Origin: Octopus bimaculoides
Taxonomy: Eukaryota
Assembly (NCBI RefSeq): GCF_001194135.2
Contig: NC_068984.1
Coordinates: forward strand, 137,057,323-137,121,322
Length of the DNA: 64,000 nt
Direction of reading: 5' to 3'
The notes under the pieces were generated by a model. That model searched no databases and was not told where the DNA came from. It saw nothing but the letters and a program-made list of their open reading frames with translations. Position 1 is the first letter of the stretch. The number at the start of each line of letters is the position of its first letter. The position numbers were made by a program, and so were the translations under genes. Shown here in pieces: positions 50,298 through 62,573 of this stretch.

Positions 50298-51128
50298 CAG
50301 GGTGCGGTGAATATACTGTCATCTAAATTACGCAAAAATGAAAGTAACACTGACATCTCATTTTAACAGATTTATTTACCGAAATTACATAAAAATATCT
50401 TGAAATACTAAAGAGTAAATTTTTTTTAATAACATCATCGTTGGCTTCAACTACAGCTTCCAAATGACTTCAGAATCTTCTGCAACTCTTCTGGACGGTT
50501 TCCTTGTTTAAGTTGGTGAATGCTGCCATAATCCTTGCCTTCAGTTCATCTTTGGTGTTACAAGGAGTTTTATTGGTCTCTCGCTCAACTGCGCCCCACA
50601 CATAATAATCAAGGGGGTTGAAGTCTGGAGAGTAAGGTGGCCAGATGTTATGGGTGACGTGGTTGTAGAAATTGTCTCACAGCCATGATTGGGTTCTCCT
50701 GCTTGTGTGGCATGATGGTATTTACATTCTAAGTTCAAATTCCGCCGAGGTCGACTTTGCCTTTCATCCTTTTGGGGTCAATTAAATAAGTACCAGTTAT
50801 GCACTGGGATCAATATAATCGACTTAATCTGTTTGTCTGTCCTTGTTTGTCCCCTCTGTGTGTAGCCCCTTGTGGGCAGTAAAGAAATAAGAAATTGTTT
50901 GACAGCCATGACAGGGTCCTCTTGCTTGTACGGCATGGTGCAGAGTCCTGTTGCCAGACATAGGGTCTTCCAGCAGCTACCTTCTTGACCCAGGGCAGCA
51001 CTATCTCCTCCAGGCACTTGATGCAGGCGTCTGTATTGAGTCTGAGTCTGTGTGGGAAGATGAATGGCGGCATAACATCACCATCATTAGTGATCACTCC
51101 AAACACCATGGCGTTGACTGGACGTTTG
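50298..51128 (-). mobile_element. maT (DD37D) Tc1/mariner transposon, 3' half, split by a SINE
   Basis: MVFGVITNDGDVMPPFIF..YVWQQDSAPC..WPPYSPDFNPLDYYVWG; 37 residues between the second and third Asp when the SINE is removed; terminal CAGGGTG after a TA-rich flank. Confidence 0.88.
50718..50889 (+). mobile_element. 5'-truncated SINE family B inside the maT element
   Basis: Family B body and AAAGAAATA tail, flanked by 51-bp imperfect direct repeats. Confidence 0.9.
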
Positions 51129-51359
51129 ATTTTTATTACTCTTAGTATATGCCCAAAAGATTCTTGTACAAGAATAGGTGCAAGTGCTAATATTTATAAA
51201 ACATGTGACATATTAATAAAAATCTGTAAATATACAACCATCCAGATATCTGAGTACCTTATTATTTTTTCTAATATATAATTCTTGTACATCACCTCCA
51301 AACCTTCTAATATACACACACACACACACACACACATGCACATACATGCACATATCAAA

Positions 51360-51466
<107 letters not shown>

Positions 51467-52049
51467 CACATGTACATATCAAACCATATACACACATACA
51501 CACACATCACAGGCATGTGAACATGTGGGGGAAAGAGAGGCATATGAACATGTGGGGGAAAGAGAGGGTAAGGAAAGATGTGTGAATAATTTCAACACTG
51601 CATAACTGTAGAATGACCACTGAAGCCTTTCTTGAATGATGAAGCATCAATCTTTAATGTGCTTTCACCAACTTTTCGTGACCATGTATCAACAAATGCG
51701 TGTGTTTGTGTTTGGAGTGTGTAAATTAGAATAAACTCGTTTAAAAACAATATTTCTTTCTTAGAATTTCCCTGCCTACAAAACAACGACAGCACCAATG
51801 AACAATGCCATACAACATAGGCTGTAGTACTTAATACATCTTGTTTTGGTAAGTTAAGTAGTAAATCTGTCACAAAACAACAACGAACAACATAAGACTA
51901 AAATACAATGGTAGATGTCACGTAAATATTATACAGGAAATATAACATGGAACAGGCAGCAACAGCTCTGTAGGGAAGGAAAGATATCTTGGCACAATAA
52001 AACACTGGAAATCATAAGAAGAAACACATAATTCTACCTGCCATAATTT

Positions 52050-52670
52050 GCTTCCAAGAGGCAAAGTAGCTGAGTTCCTTTCGAGCAGGCCTCACAGAGG
52101 CAAGGTGGCAGAGTTTCTTTGGATCACTGGGTCTCATGGAGGCAAGGTAACTAAGTTTCTTTCAAGTATTGGGCTTCATAGAGGCAAAGTAGTTGAGTTC
52201 CTTTTGAGTGTTGGGCCTCCAGGAGGCGACGTGGCTGAGTTCCTTTTGAGCATGCCTCAGGGAGGCGACGTGGCTGAGTTCCTTTCGAGTATTGGGCCTC
52301 ACAGAGGCAAGATGGCTGAGTTCCATTCGAGCATGCCCTATAGAGACAAGGTGGCTGAGTTTCTTTCAAGCGTTGGGCCTCATGGAGGCAAAATAGCTGA
52401 GTTCCTTTCGAGTGATGGACTTCATGGAGGCATAGTGACTGAGTTCCTTTTGAGTGTTTGGCTTCACAGAGGCAAGATGGCTGAGTTGGGCCTCATGGAG
52501 GCAAAGTGGCTGATTTCCTTTCAAGCGGGCCTCAGAGGCAAGGTGGCTGAATTCCTTTCAAGTGGGCCTCATGGAGGCGAGGTGGCTGAGTTTTTTTCAA
52601 GCATTGGGTCTCACAGAGGCAAAGTGGCCGAGTTCCTTTGAAGTGTTGGGCCTCACGGAGGCAATGACCA
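52050..52670 (+). repeat. Minisatellite of 42-nt and 39-nt units (~15 copies) at the 5' side of an RTE 3'-end copy (to ~52908)
   Basis: Unit GAGGCAAGGTGGCTGAGTTCCTTTCGAGTATTGGGCCTCACA; continues into GAGGCAATGACC..GCTTGAGAAGAAGACCC and the RTE tail. Confidence 0.9.
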
Positions 52671-53766
52671 AGACCTTTGGCATTATGTCATGCTTGAGAA
52701 GAAGACCCATCAAGCAGAGCAAAATTGCAGTTATGACAGATACTGGTGTCACACAAATGGCACCCATACCAGAGGCATGTAAAGGTACCTATCACACTCT
52801 TGGAGTGGTTGATGTTAGAAAGGTCACCCAGCCATAGAAAAGCATCCCAAATCAGACTGGAGCCTGGCACAGCCTTCCATAACAGCATGGACAACAGACG
52901 TTAAATGAGGTCTGTTTTGGCATGGTTTTTACAGCTGGATGACCTTCCTAATGCCAACCACTTTACAGAGCGGCCTCGGTGCTTTTTACATAGCATTGTG
53001 TCTGTGTGTGTGTGAAACATGTTTCCATATCCGTCACAAATGTCTTGGTGTTTTTCATTTGTGTTAAATAATACTGGGTCAAACATGTCTTCCTTCCAAT
53101 GTCTTCCAATTAAGCCACCAAAGTAAAAAAAAAAAAAAAAAAACCAAGGCAGACGCACATCAAACGCAGTCTTATTTCTTTGCCTTTATTCCTTAATTTC
53201 ATTACTATCGATTAATAATCTGACTTGTACGTAGCTTTGTAAAAATCACAAAGCAACCGACTTCTCAGATGCTTTCATTTTATTAATGAAACAAACCCGA
53301 AGAGAACACAGAGTTTTTGAAAATAAGTGTAAGCGACATGTGGAGAAAGCAATCACTAATGAAATATGAGCTGTAGTTAGGCTAAGTTTCATACATAAAG
53401 CAATTTATCTTTTCAAATATTAATATGGTCATGTCCAGTACAAACTGTAATAATGAAATTGTAGGGTTTCTTTTTTTATTATTTATACATTGATTTATTT
53501 ATTTTTACTGATTTTAACTTTCAAAGATTATATTCCTGTTCTTTCAAGTAGGGGAACAAAAATTTTTCAGTGAAAATATGTGATGTGTGATAAGCCCCCT
53601 ATGCAGAGGAGATTATTTAAGCATGGAGATATCTACAGATCTTACTTAAAGATGACATACATACAAACAGTAATATCACTAACAGGGAGACCAGAGAAGA
53701 CTTATTAGAGTTTGACTTCTGATATATCAATCATGCAAAAAAAATGCATATAGAGTTATGGCTGAG

Positions 53767-53844
53767 TTTCTTGAAGATGATGACGATGACGACGACGATG
53801 ATGAAAATGGTGGTGATGATGATGATGATGATGATACTGACAAC

Positions 53845-53878
<34 letters not shown>

Positions 53879-54230
53879 GCAATAGGGATTGCAATGATGA
53901 GAATGGTGATGATGGTGATGATGATGAAAATGATGATGACGATGACGACGACAATGATGAAAATGATGATGATGATGATGGTGATGATGATGCTGACAAC
54001 AATGGTGATGATGGTAATGATGATGATGATGATGATGATGATGGCAATAGGGATTGCAATGATGATGATGAGAATGGTGATGATGGTGATGATGATGATG
54101 AATGAAGAGCAGTAAGCAAGAAGAGGAACACTGATGATAGTGATGCTGATAATAGGGAGGACAAGGCATGATGATGATGATGATGATGATGACGATGCTA
54201 AATGGGAGGCAGAAGATACGTAATGATGAT
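53767..54230. repeat. Compound (GAT/GAC)n microsatellite with an internal duplication
   Basis: GGCAATAGGGATTGCAATGATG..GAGAATGGTGATGATGGTGAT occurs twice. Confidence 0.9.
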
Positions 54231-54815
54231 AATTATCCTGATGTAACAGCAGGCAGGAGGCAACAATGATTACCATGTTGCCATTTTGTTCACTTCCTTG
54301 TTGTAGAAGATGCTAGCATTGTCTATATAATCGGTCATCACTGTCACTGCTGTTTAACTCCAGGCCATCTCTGATTCAGCAAACTAATGATCAAATGTGT
54401 TTCAACCATGACCATCCCACCTTTTTTATATACATCCAAGGACAACATTATCCAAAATGTCTTTCGATATTTTTGAAAGATGGTAGACTACAACGAGGGA
54501 AATTTGGCTGCTATTTCTAGCAAGTCAGATGACCATGTAGAGACCCATTCATTATTTCCATTTGTATATTCTTACCACTGTTGTTGTTGTTGTTGCTGTT
54601 GCTGGTCTGGCTTTTTCCTCTCTGTGGAAGAAACTCTCAACAGAGCTGAACAGCAACAGATCTTCAGAAAAGAAACCCACCTCAACCAAGTATTTGGGCC
54701 CTTAACTTCTTACACTCTAAAAACTGGGGCAGGCTGCACCCAGATCATGACTCCAGGGTGCCCTTCTTTTGACAGCATTTAGCCACTTGGTTATTGGAGA
54801 CTTGCATACATTTAA

Positions 54816-55294
54816 CCCTTTAGCCTTCGGATTATTCTGTTAAATCTAATGCTTATTTATTCATATTCATCATCATCATCATCATCGTTTAACGTCCACT
54901 TTCCATGCTAACATGAGTTGGGCGATTTGACTGGGGACTGGTGAACCAGATGGCTATACCAGGCTCCAATCTGATTTGGCAGAGTTTCTACAGATGGATG
55001 CCCTTCCTAACACCAACCACTCCGAGAGTGTAGTGGGTGCTTTTACGTGCCACCGGTACGAAGGCCAGTCAGGCGGTCCTGGCAACAGCCACGCTCAAAA
55101 TGGTGTATTTTACATGCCACCTGCACTGGCAATTGGATTAATCATGAATTATCTTGTAATTTCAAGAATTTGATGTGGTAGTTTATTTTTAGAATGACAT
55201 TGTAGGGCAGGTGTGAGGGGCCAGATTTGGCCAATTTGCATATGAACCAGATAGAATATTTTGGCCAGATATAGTCAGTTTGAATGCTCAAGGG
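54816..55294. mobile_element. piggyBac-like MITE interrupted by an RTE 3' end (~54868-55133, minus)
   Basis: TTAA|CCCTTTAGC left end, GAATGCTCAAGGG|TGAA right end; homologous to 11930-12307. Confidence 0.65.
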
Positions 55295-56153
55295 TGAAAA
55301 CCACTTGGAGATTTCATCTAATTGTAATTCCTCCCCATTGATTCAGCTTCCAGGCTGTCTCTACTCTTCATCTCATTGCATAAAGTTGTTTCCCTTCTTG
55401 GTTCATAGTCTTACAAGCTACACAGCAAACCTCGCTGGTGCTGATGCCATTAAAAAGGGTACCCAGTACATGCGGTAAAGTAGTTGGCACTGGGAAGAGC
55501 GAGCACCCAGCCATAGAACCCATGCCAAAACAGACGCTGGAGGAACATGATGCAGACCCCAAGCCCATCAGAGACTGTTAAACCATCCAACCCATGCCGG
55601 CATAGAACGTGAACACGAAAAGGTGATGATGATGATGATGATGTTTTTAATGTGTTTGTGGTGGTGGTGGTGATGTTTTTTAATGTTTCTGTAGTTATTA
55701 CTGCTGTTGTGCTGTCATCTCCATTGGTAATGGTGTGGTTGTAAAAATCTACAAATTCTTGACTCCACTTTTTTTATTTTATTCTAACCTTCCATATTTT
55801 TATTTCAAAACAGAAAATCTAAATTTTAAGAAAAAAAAAAAATATATATATATATATATATANNNNNNNNNNNNNNNNNNNNNNNNNNNNNNNNNNNNNN
55901 NNNNNNNNNNNNNNNNNNNNNNNNNNNNNNNNNNNNNNNNNNNNNNNNNNNNNNNNNNNNNNNNNNNNNNNNNNNNNNNNNNNNNNNNNNNNNNNNNNNN
56001 NNNNNNNNNNNNNNNNNNNNNNNNNNNNNNNNNNNNNNNNNNNNNNNNNNNNNNNNNNNNNNNNNNNNNNNNNNNNNNNNNNNNNNNNNNNNNNNNNNGG
56101 TTTTCTACATACATTCCTATATTTTAACATTGCCATCACCTCTCTCCCCACTA

Positions 56154-56212
<59 letters not shown>

Positions 56213-56405
56213 GTACATACATACAGATAATGCATATACATACACACGCTGGCAATTACATACAGATTCGCACAATGCATAATCTTCCAGAATACATGTA
56301 TACAGATACACGGCATAAATAAACATACATATAAACAAAAACATCATAAGAAATATATTAATACCAATTGATACATAAACACATAACGAATATTAATATA
56401 CATGA

Positions 56406-56447
<42 letters not shown>

Positions 56448-57049
56448 CAAGTAATACACATACTGACAAAGTTGAATGCTTTAAAAGTTGAATGCTTTAA
56501 AACATACTCCTCGAAACACGTAATACATATATACATACAAATGCATACACAATACACACACACACACACACACACTATACAGAAGTATAAGACTCGCTTG
56601 TACATAAACATATAATATATATTAACACATATAAACACACACACACACAAACCACATACTCACATACATTGACAAGCTTAAAAGTACAATACATTGACAT
56701 ACACTTCCAGCTACAGAATATATACACGCATATAAATACAGAGATAAAGACACACTCATACATAAACATATTCGGGGCATTAGCATATATACACACAAAT
56801 ACATACTCACATTATTATCATCACCATCATTATTATTACCATTATTGTGCACACACACACACACATATAGCTCTACACGTAGAAATACATAAATCACATA
56901 TAAATATATACTGATAAATGGCTAGTTGCTTATCGAGATTATAGATAGGTCAGCATTTTTATAAAGCTCAACTAACGGTCAGAAACAAAAAAAAAAAGAA
57001 AAAGTTTGTGATAAGACAGCAGAAAAATGTTTTAATATTCATTCAGTCT

Positions 57050-57455
57050 TTGCCAGAAGTTGTTGAAATCAGCAATGATTTCAAATATACATCTATCTAT
57101 TGTAGAAATAAAGATGAAAGCAAGCATCAATAATGGGAAGCTGTGTTCAATTTATTTGGCTGTTCTGCGAGACCTACCAAGAATTTAACAGATTCATAAG
57201 CAATAACGGGAAATATTGTATGCAGTCTGAGGCAAGATACAGTTTCTGTGTCTAGGTTCTTGGTGTGTTGGTGACATAAAGCGGTGGGGTGGGCAGGGAT
57301 ATGAAGGAAAGAATGGAGAGAAATGGACAGAGAAGCGGAGGGAGTGAGTATTAAAGGGAGGGTGGAAGAAGAGGAATAAAAATGTAAGTAATAAGGCAAG
57401 AAACAAACAAAGAGAATCGGTGAAGGAAAGAAAGGAAAATGTGACCGAAAGAGTA
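57050..57455 (-). mobile_element. Possible decayed Penelope-like RT fragment
   Basis: HIPAHPTALCHQHTK and PQTAYNISR loosely resemble the Penelope DPT..HQ and P.TARFY.LPK blocks; frameshifted. Confidence 0.35.
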
Positions 57456-57459
57456 TAAG

Positions 57460-57831
57460 ATACTACTACGGCCACTCCGTTGGTTACGACGACGAGGGTT
57501 CCAGTTGATCCAATCAATGGAACAGCCTGCTCGTGAAATTAACGTGTAAGTGGCTGAGCACTCCACAGACATGTGTGACCTTAACGTAGTTCTCGGGGGA
57601 GATTCAGCGTGACACAGAGTGTGACAAGGCTGGCCCTTTCAATTACAGGCACAACAGAAACAGGGAGTAAGAGTGAGAGAAAGTTGTGGTGAAAGAGTAC
57701 AGAAGGGTTCGTCACCATCCCCTGCCAGAGCCTCATGGAGCTTTAGGTGTTTTCGCTCAATAAACACTCACAACGCCCGGTCTAGGAATCGAAACCACGA
57801 TCCTACGACCGCTAGGCCATTGCGTCTCCAC
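57460..57831 (-). mobile_element. Full-length tRNA(Arg)-like SINE (family C1) with a head deletion
   Basis: GTGGAGACGCAATGGCC..GGTTTCGATTCC head, central GGCCAGCCTTGTCAC..GTGGAGTGCTCAGCCACTTACACGTTAA domain, (GTA)n tail. Confidence 0.9.
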
Positions 57832-58078
57832 TATAAGATATAAAGGAAAAGAAAATTCTGCCAGGTTGCAGACTTGTTTGGCACATATATTAACATGAAA
57901 TTTGGATGGAAAGTTTAAATTATATTACTTTAAAATTGCAAGCTTGTATCACTGAACCAAAAGTGGTCTCAGGTGTGTTGGTATCAAAAGGGTTAATTGT
58001 GACAAAGTTATTTTATTAAATTCTTCATTATTTTCAAAATTAATAGAAGCAAAGGCACTATATTTCAACAGAAATTAT

Positions 58079-59335
58079 CATCATCATTGTCGTCGTCATT
58101 TAATGTCCACTTTCCAAGCTGGTATGGGTTGGATGGTTTGACTGAGGGTTGGCGACCCAGAAGGCTGCACCAGGATCCAATTTGATCTGGCAATGTTTCT
58201 ACAGATGGATGCCCTTACTAATGCCAACCACTCCGAGAGTGTAGTGGGCATGCTTTTTATGTGCCACCAGCATGGGAGCCAGTCAGGTGGCACTGGCATC
58301 AACCACGCTCAAATGGTGCTTTTTACGTGCCACCAGTATGGGGGCCAGTCAGGAGGTACTGGCATTGGTCATGCACAAATGACGCTTTTTTTACGTGCGA
58401 CTGGCACAGGAGCCAGTCAGGCAGCACTGGCATCAACCATGCTTGAATGGTGCTTTTTATGTGCCACCAGCACAGGTGCCAGTCAGGTGGCACTGGCATC
58501 AGTCACACTCAAATGGTGCTTTTTACATGTCACTAGCACAGGTTCCATTCAGGCAGCACTGGCATGAGCCACGGTTCAATAGTTCTTCACAATGGACCAG
58601 TTATGTGACACTGGCATTGGCCATGGCTATGATCTCACTTGGCTTGCCAGGTTTTCTCAAGCACAGCACATCTCTAAAGGTCTTAGTTGCTTGTTATTGC
58701 TTCTGTGAAACCCAACGTTTGAAGGTTATGCTTCATCACCTCATCTCGTGTCTTCCTGGCTCTATTTCTTCCACAGGTTCCCTCCACTGTTAGTGGTGTG
58801 ACACTTTTTCACACAACTGTCCTCATCCATACACAATACATGACCATACCAGTGCAGTCATCCCTCGTGCACACCACACCTGATGCTTCTTATGTCCAAC
58901 TTTTCTCCCAACGCACTTATACTGTTGTGCATGCACACTGACATTACGCATTCAGTGGAGCACACTAGCTTCATTTCTTGCAAGCTTACGCATGTCCTCA
59001 GCAGTCACAGCCATGTTTCACTGCCATGTAGCATGGCTGTTCACACACAGGTATCATACAGTCTACCTTTTACTCTGAGCAAGAGACCCTTTGTTACCAA
59101 CAGAGGTAGAAGCTCACTGAACTTTGCCCAGCCTATTCTTATTCTAGCAGCTATGCTCTTGGAGAATCTGCCTCCACTACTGACTTGGTCACCTAGGTAA
59201 TGGAAGCTATCAACTACTTCTACTTTTTTACCCCCTGGCATGTGATGGACCCTGTTTTCTGTACATCTTCGGTGCTTATTGCATCTGTGCATCTGCCACA
59301 CACGAAAGTATTAAAAAGAAAAAAGACTAGGGTGA
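58079..59335 (-). mobile_element. 5'-truncated RTE LINE: RT C-terminus, repeat-containing 3' UTR and (GAT)n tail
   Basis: KKVEVVDSFHYLGDQVSSGG..IAARIRIGWAKFSELLPLLVTKGLLLRVKGRLYDTCV..LHGSETW..RLHWYGHV, continuous with the ~60-bp repeats and tail seen throughout the window. Confidence 0.92.
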
Positions 59336-59691
59336 GTTTCCAGAGATGTACTTTTGAGAATAGGGTCAAAAGTTCAAACCATATTATACACAAGGTGTAG
59401 TTACACCTAACCAAAGTAGATTACTTCTAGACAAAAAAAAAACATCATTTTACATTTCATTTTTAATAATCATCAAGAGAAAAAAATACTAGATTCAAGA
59501 CAATATGAAGCTAAAGCTATTTAGTAAACATGTCACAGACACCTGTCAGCATTTAGATATTAAAAAAATTTACCAATTAAAAATGTCTGAACATTAAGAA
59601 GTACAAGACGAACATATGGAAAATATAATGGAAACAACTGCTTATAACAAGAGATATTGTAATCAAGCAGTTATTATATATATTTTAGGAA

Positions 59692-59905
59692 AGGTGGTGA
59701 GCTGGCAGAAACGTTAGCACGCCGGGCGAAATGCTTAGCGATATTTCATCTGCCGCTACGTTCTGAGTTCAAATTCCGCCAAGGTCGACTTTGCCTTTCA
59801 TCCTTTCAGGGTCGATAAAATAAGTACCAGTTGCATACTGGGGTCGATGTAATCAACTAGCCACCACACCACCCTTGAAATTGCTGACCCTGAGCCAAAA
59901 TGTGA
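59692..59905 (+). mobile_element. Full-length SINE family B
   Basis: GGTGGTGAGCTGGCAGAAACGTTAGCACGCCGGGCG (A box), GAGTTCAAATTCC (B box) and body. Confidence 0.9.
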
Positions 59906-60344
59906 AATCTATATTATATATCTTAAGAAGGTGCTGAGTTGGCATGCCGAACAAAATGTTAAGCAGCAACCTGTAGATCACCAGATAAAATGTCTTGTGC
60001 TATATATTCCAACTCTCTGAATTCTGAGCTGAGATGAAGTTTGTTTTTCATCCTTTCATGGTCACTAAAACTACTTATCCATGACAACGGGTTGGAGAAA
60101 CTGTAGAAAAATAAATCAAACTGGTTTTTTGCATTCTAAGTTCAAATCTCACCATGGCTTACTCAAGTGATAGACTTAATTCCTTACCTGGTTCAACACC
60201 ACCACTTGGTACCTTGGGTACCTTTAAATGATTCCACTATTTACCCAGAATTCAGGCCAGGTCTCTGGTTTGAGTATTCCTCCACCCATCCCCATCACCC
60301 ACTTCCCAACAGTCTCTGAGACCCTGTCTGGCAGTTGGTGAGTT

Positions 60345-60650
60345 ATGATGACCAGGGTTCCAGTTGGTCTGACCAATGAAAGAACCTGCTCATGAAATGA
60401 ACATACAAGTGGCTGAGTACTCCACAGACATGCATACCCTTAACATTGTTCTCGGGGAGATTTAGTGCAACACAGAACGTGACAAGGCTGGCCCTTTGAA
60501 TTACAGGTACAACTTACTATCGCCAGCTGAGTGGACTGGGGTGACATGAAATAAAGTGTCTTGCTCAAGAATACAATGCACCACCGGAAATCGAACTCAG
60601 AACCTTAAGACCATGAGCCAAATACCCTAACCACTGAGCCATGTACCTTC
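60345..60650 (-). mobile_element. SINE family C2: CORE-like head joined to the same 3' domain as family C1
   Basis: Head GGTACATGGCTCAGTGGTTAGGG..GAGTTCGATTTCC..TTGAGCAAGACAC; 3' half matches 57490-57650. Confidence 0.85.
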
Positions 60651-61639
60651 CATCTCAACAAAAAGATAGAAAAAAAACAGGAAACTTATTAGATGTGATC
60701 ACAGATTTCATGTTCTTTTTCCAATTTTGTTCCAATTGTTTTTTAATTTGGTATACCAATTTAGTTTTGTGAGCTAATAACGAAAATTAAATTCTTATTT
60801 TAAAATAATTTTTTATAAATTTTTAAAATCAATTAAAAAAAGTTAATAGCTTTTAAAGTTTACAAATTTTAGGTAATTTCAGCCAGCCAGAAGTCACTGT
60901 TATAAACATGACTGTAAATCTGTTTCCATAGAGACAAGCGAAACTGTAGTCTGTCTGGTTTTTATTGTAACAAGGACACTGTGTGTGCGCAACTGTAATG
61001 CTTTCACTACTGCAACGACCACCACCACAAACAAATTGTCTTTTTGTTTGCTTTCACTTTATTGCTACGGCGCAGCAAATGCCAGCTTCTGATTCCTGTT
61101 TTCTGATTGGCANNNNNNNNNNNNNNNNNNNNNNNNNNNNNNNNNNNNNNNNNNNNNNNNNNNNNNNNNNNNNNNNNNNNNNNNNNNNNNNNNNNNNNNN
61201 NNNNNNNNNNNNNNNNNNNNNNNNNNNNNNNNNNNNNNNNNNNNNNNNNNNNNNNNNNNNNNNNNNNNNNNNNNNNNNNNNNNNNNNNNNNNNNNNNNNN
61301 NNNNNNNNNNNNNNNNNNNNNNNNNNNNNNNNNNNNNNNNNNNNNNNNNNNNNNNNNNNNNNNNNNNNNNNNNNNNNNNNNNNNNNNNNNNNNNNNNNNN
61401 NNNNNNNNNNNNNNNNNNNNNNNNNNNNNNNNNNNNNNNNNNNNNNNNNNNNNNNNNNNNNNNNNNNNNNNNNNNNNNNNNNNNNNNNNNNNNNNNNNNN
61501 NNNNNNNNNNNNNNNNNNNNNNNNNNNNNNNNNNNNNNNNNNNNNNNNNNNNNNNNNNNNNNNNNNNNNNNNNNNNNNNNNNNNNNNNNNNNNNNNNNNN
61601 NNNNNNNNNNNNNNNNNNNNNNNNNNNNNNNNNNNNNNN

Positions 61640-62115
61640 AAAGAACAAAAGAATATGTTAAGATTTACATCTCGGTCTCTGAGCATTTCCTCACATCCAC
61701 GACGTAGAAAATTAAAATTTTTTTGTCTTTATACAGAGTCTGATGAGCTCTCCACAAGGCTTTGGCTTTTGGGATACAAAACCTTTGGTAACTTTATGTC
61801 CAACGTTTAAATTTTTGTTGTAATATACATATATTAGAAAATCGATTAAGCTTGTTCATCATTTTTTCAGTCTGCAGAGAAAGGGCTAAAATTTGCCCTG
61901 TTTATAATTATACTATATGTTACATTTCGAAACGCGGAGTAGATGAAACAGGGACAACTGACGAAGGGGTATACTCTTTATGTTGCATGTTTCGTTTCTA
62001 TGTTTTTGTTTTTATGCTTTCGTTTCTCATTGTGTTCAACGTTTTTTTCATGTCCTGTACCCATATATGCATGTATGTATACATATATATGTAGGTATGT
62101 ACATATATGCATGGA
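61640..62115 (+). mobile_element. Possible Penelope-like 3' remnant
   Basis: VSEHF..KIKIF..ELSTRL fragments and a CGAAACGCG..CTGACGAAGGG motif; not colinear as a hammerhead. Confidence 0.3.
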
Positions 62116-62573
62116 TCATCATCGTCGTTTAACGTCCGCTTTCCATGATAGCATGGGTTAGACNNNNNNNNNNNNNNNNNNNNNNNNNNNNNNNNNNNNN
62201 NNNNNNNNNNNNNNNNNNNNNNNNNNNNNNNNNNNNNNNNNNNNNNNNNNNNNNNNNNNNNNNNNNNNNNNNNNNNNNNNNNNNNNNNNNNNNNNNNNNN
62301 NNNNNNNNNNNNNNNNNNNNNNNNNNNNNNNNNNNNNNNNNNNNNNNNNNNNNNNNNNNNNNNNNNNNNNNNNNNNNNNNNNNNNNNNNNNNNNNNNNNN
62401 NNNNNNNNNNNNNNNNNNNNNNNNNNNNNNNNNNNNNNNNNNNNNNNNNNNNNNNNNNNNNNNNNNNNNNGATAAAAATCCAAATTTACAGGTAAAAACT
62501 CAATTAAATTCAATTTATTAAAAATTAAAATTAAATTAAGTTTCACAGTATAAAACATAAATATATAGTTTTA

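Noticed and set aside
51592-51873. 93-aa minus-strand ORF
   Set aside because: No recognisable homology and it does not fit the PNPT1 sequence or phases.
53731-54276. Poly-Asp, poly-His, poly-Ser and poly-Met ORFs
   Set aside because: Translations of a (GAT)n microsatellite in several frames; no splice or homology support.
55284-55330. LEISS peptide resembling PNPT1 LEISSGK
   Set aside because: Wrong strand and no further similarity.
58250-58620. Regularly spaced repeats resembling a CRISPR array
   Set aside because: Eukaryotic context, no unique spacers, and part of the RTE 3' UTR.
61925-61985. CGAAAC and CTGACGA motifs suggesting a third hammerhead
   Set aside because: Order and pairing fit no hammerhead type: there is no GAAA after the stem following CTGACGA and no NUH with stems I and III.
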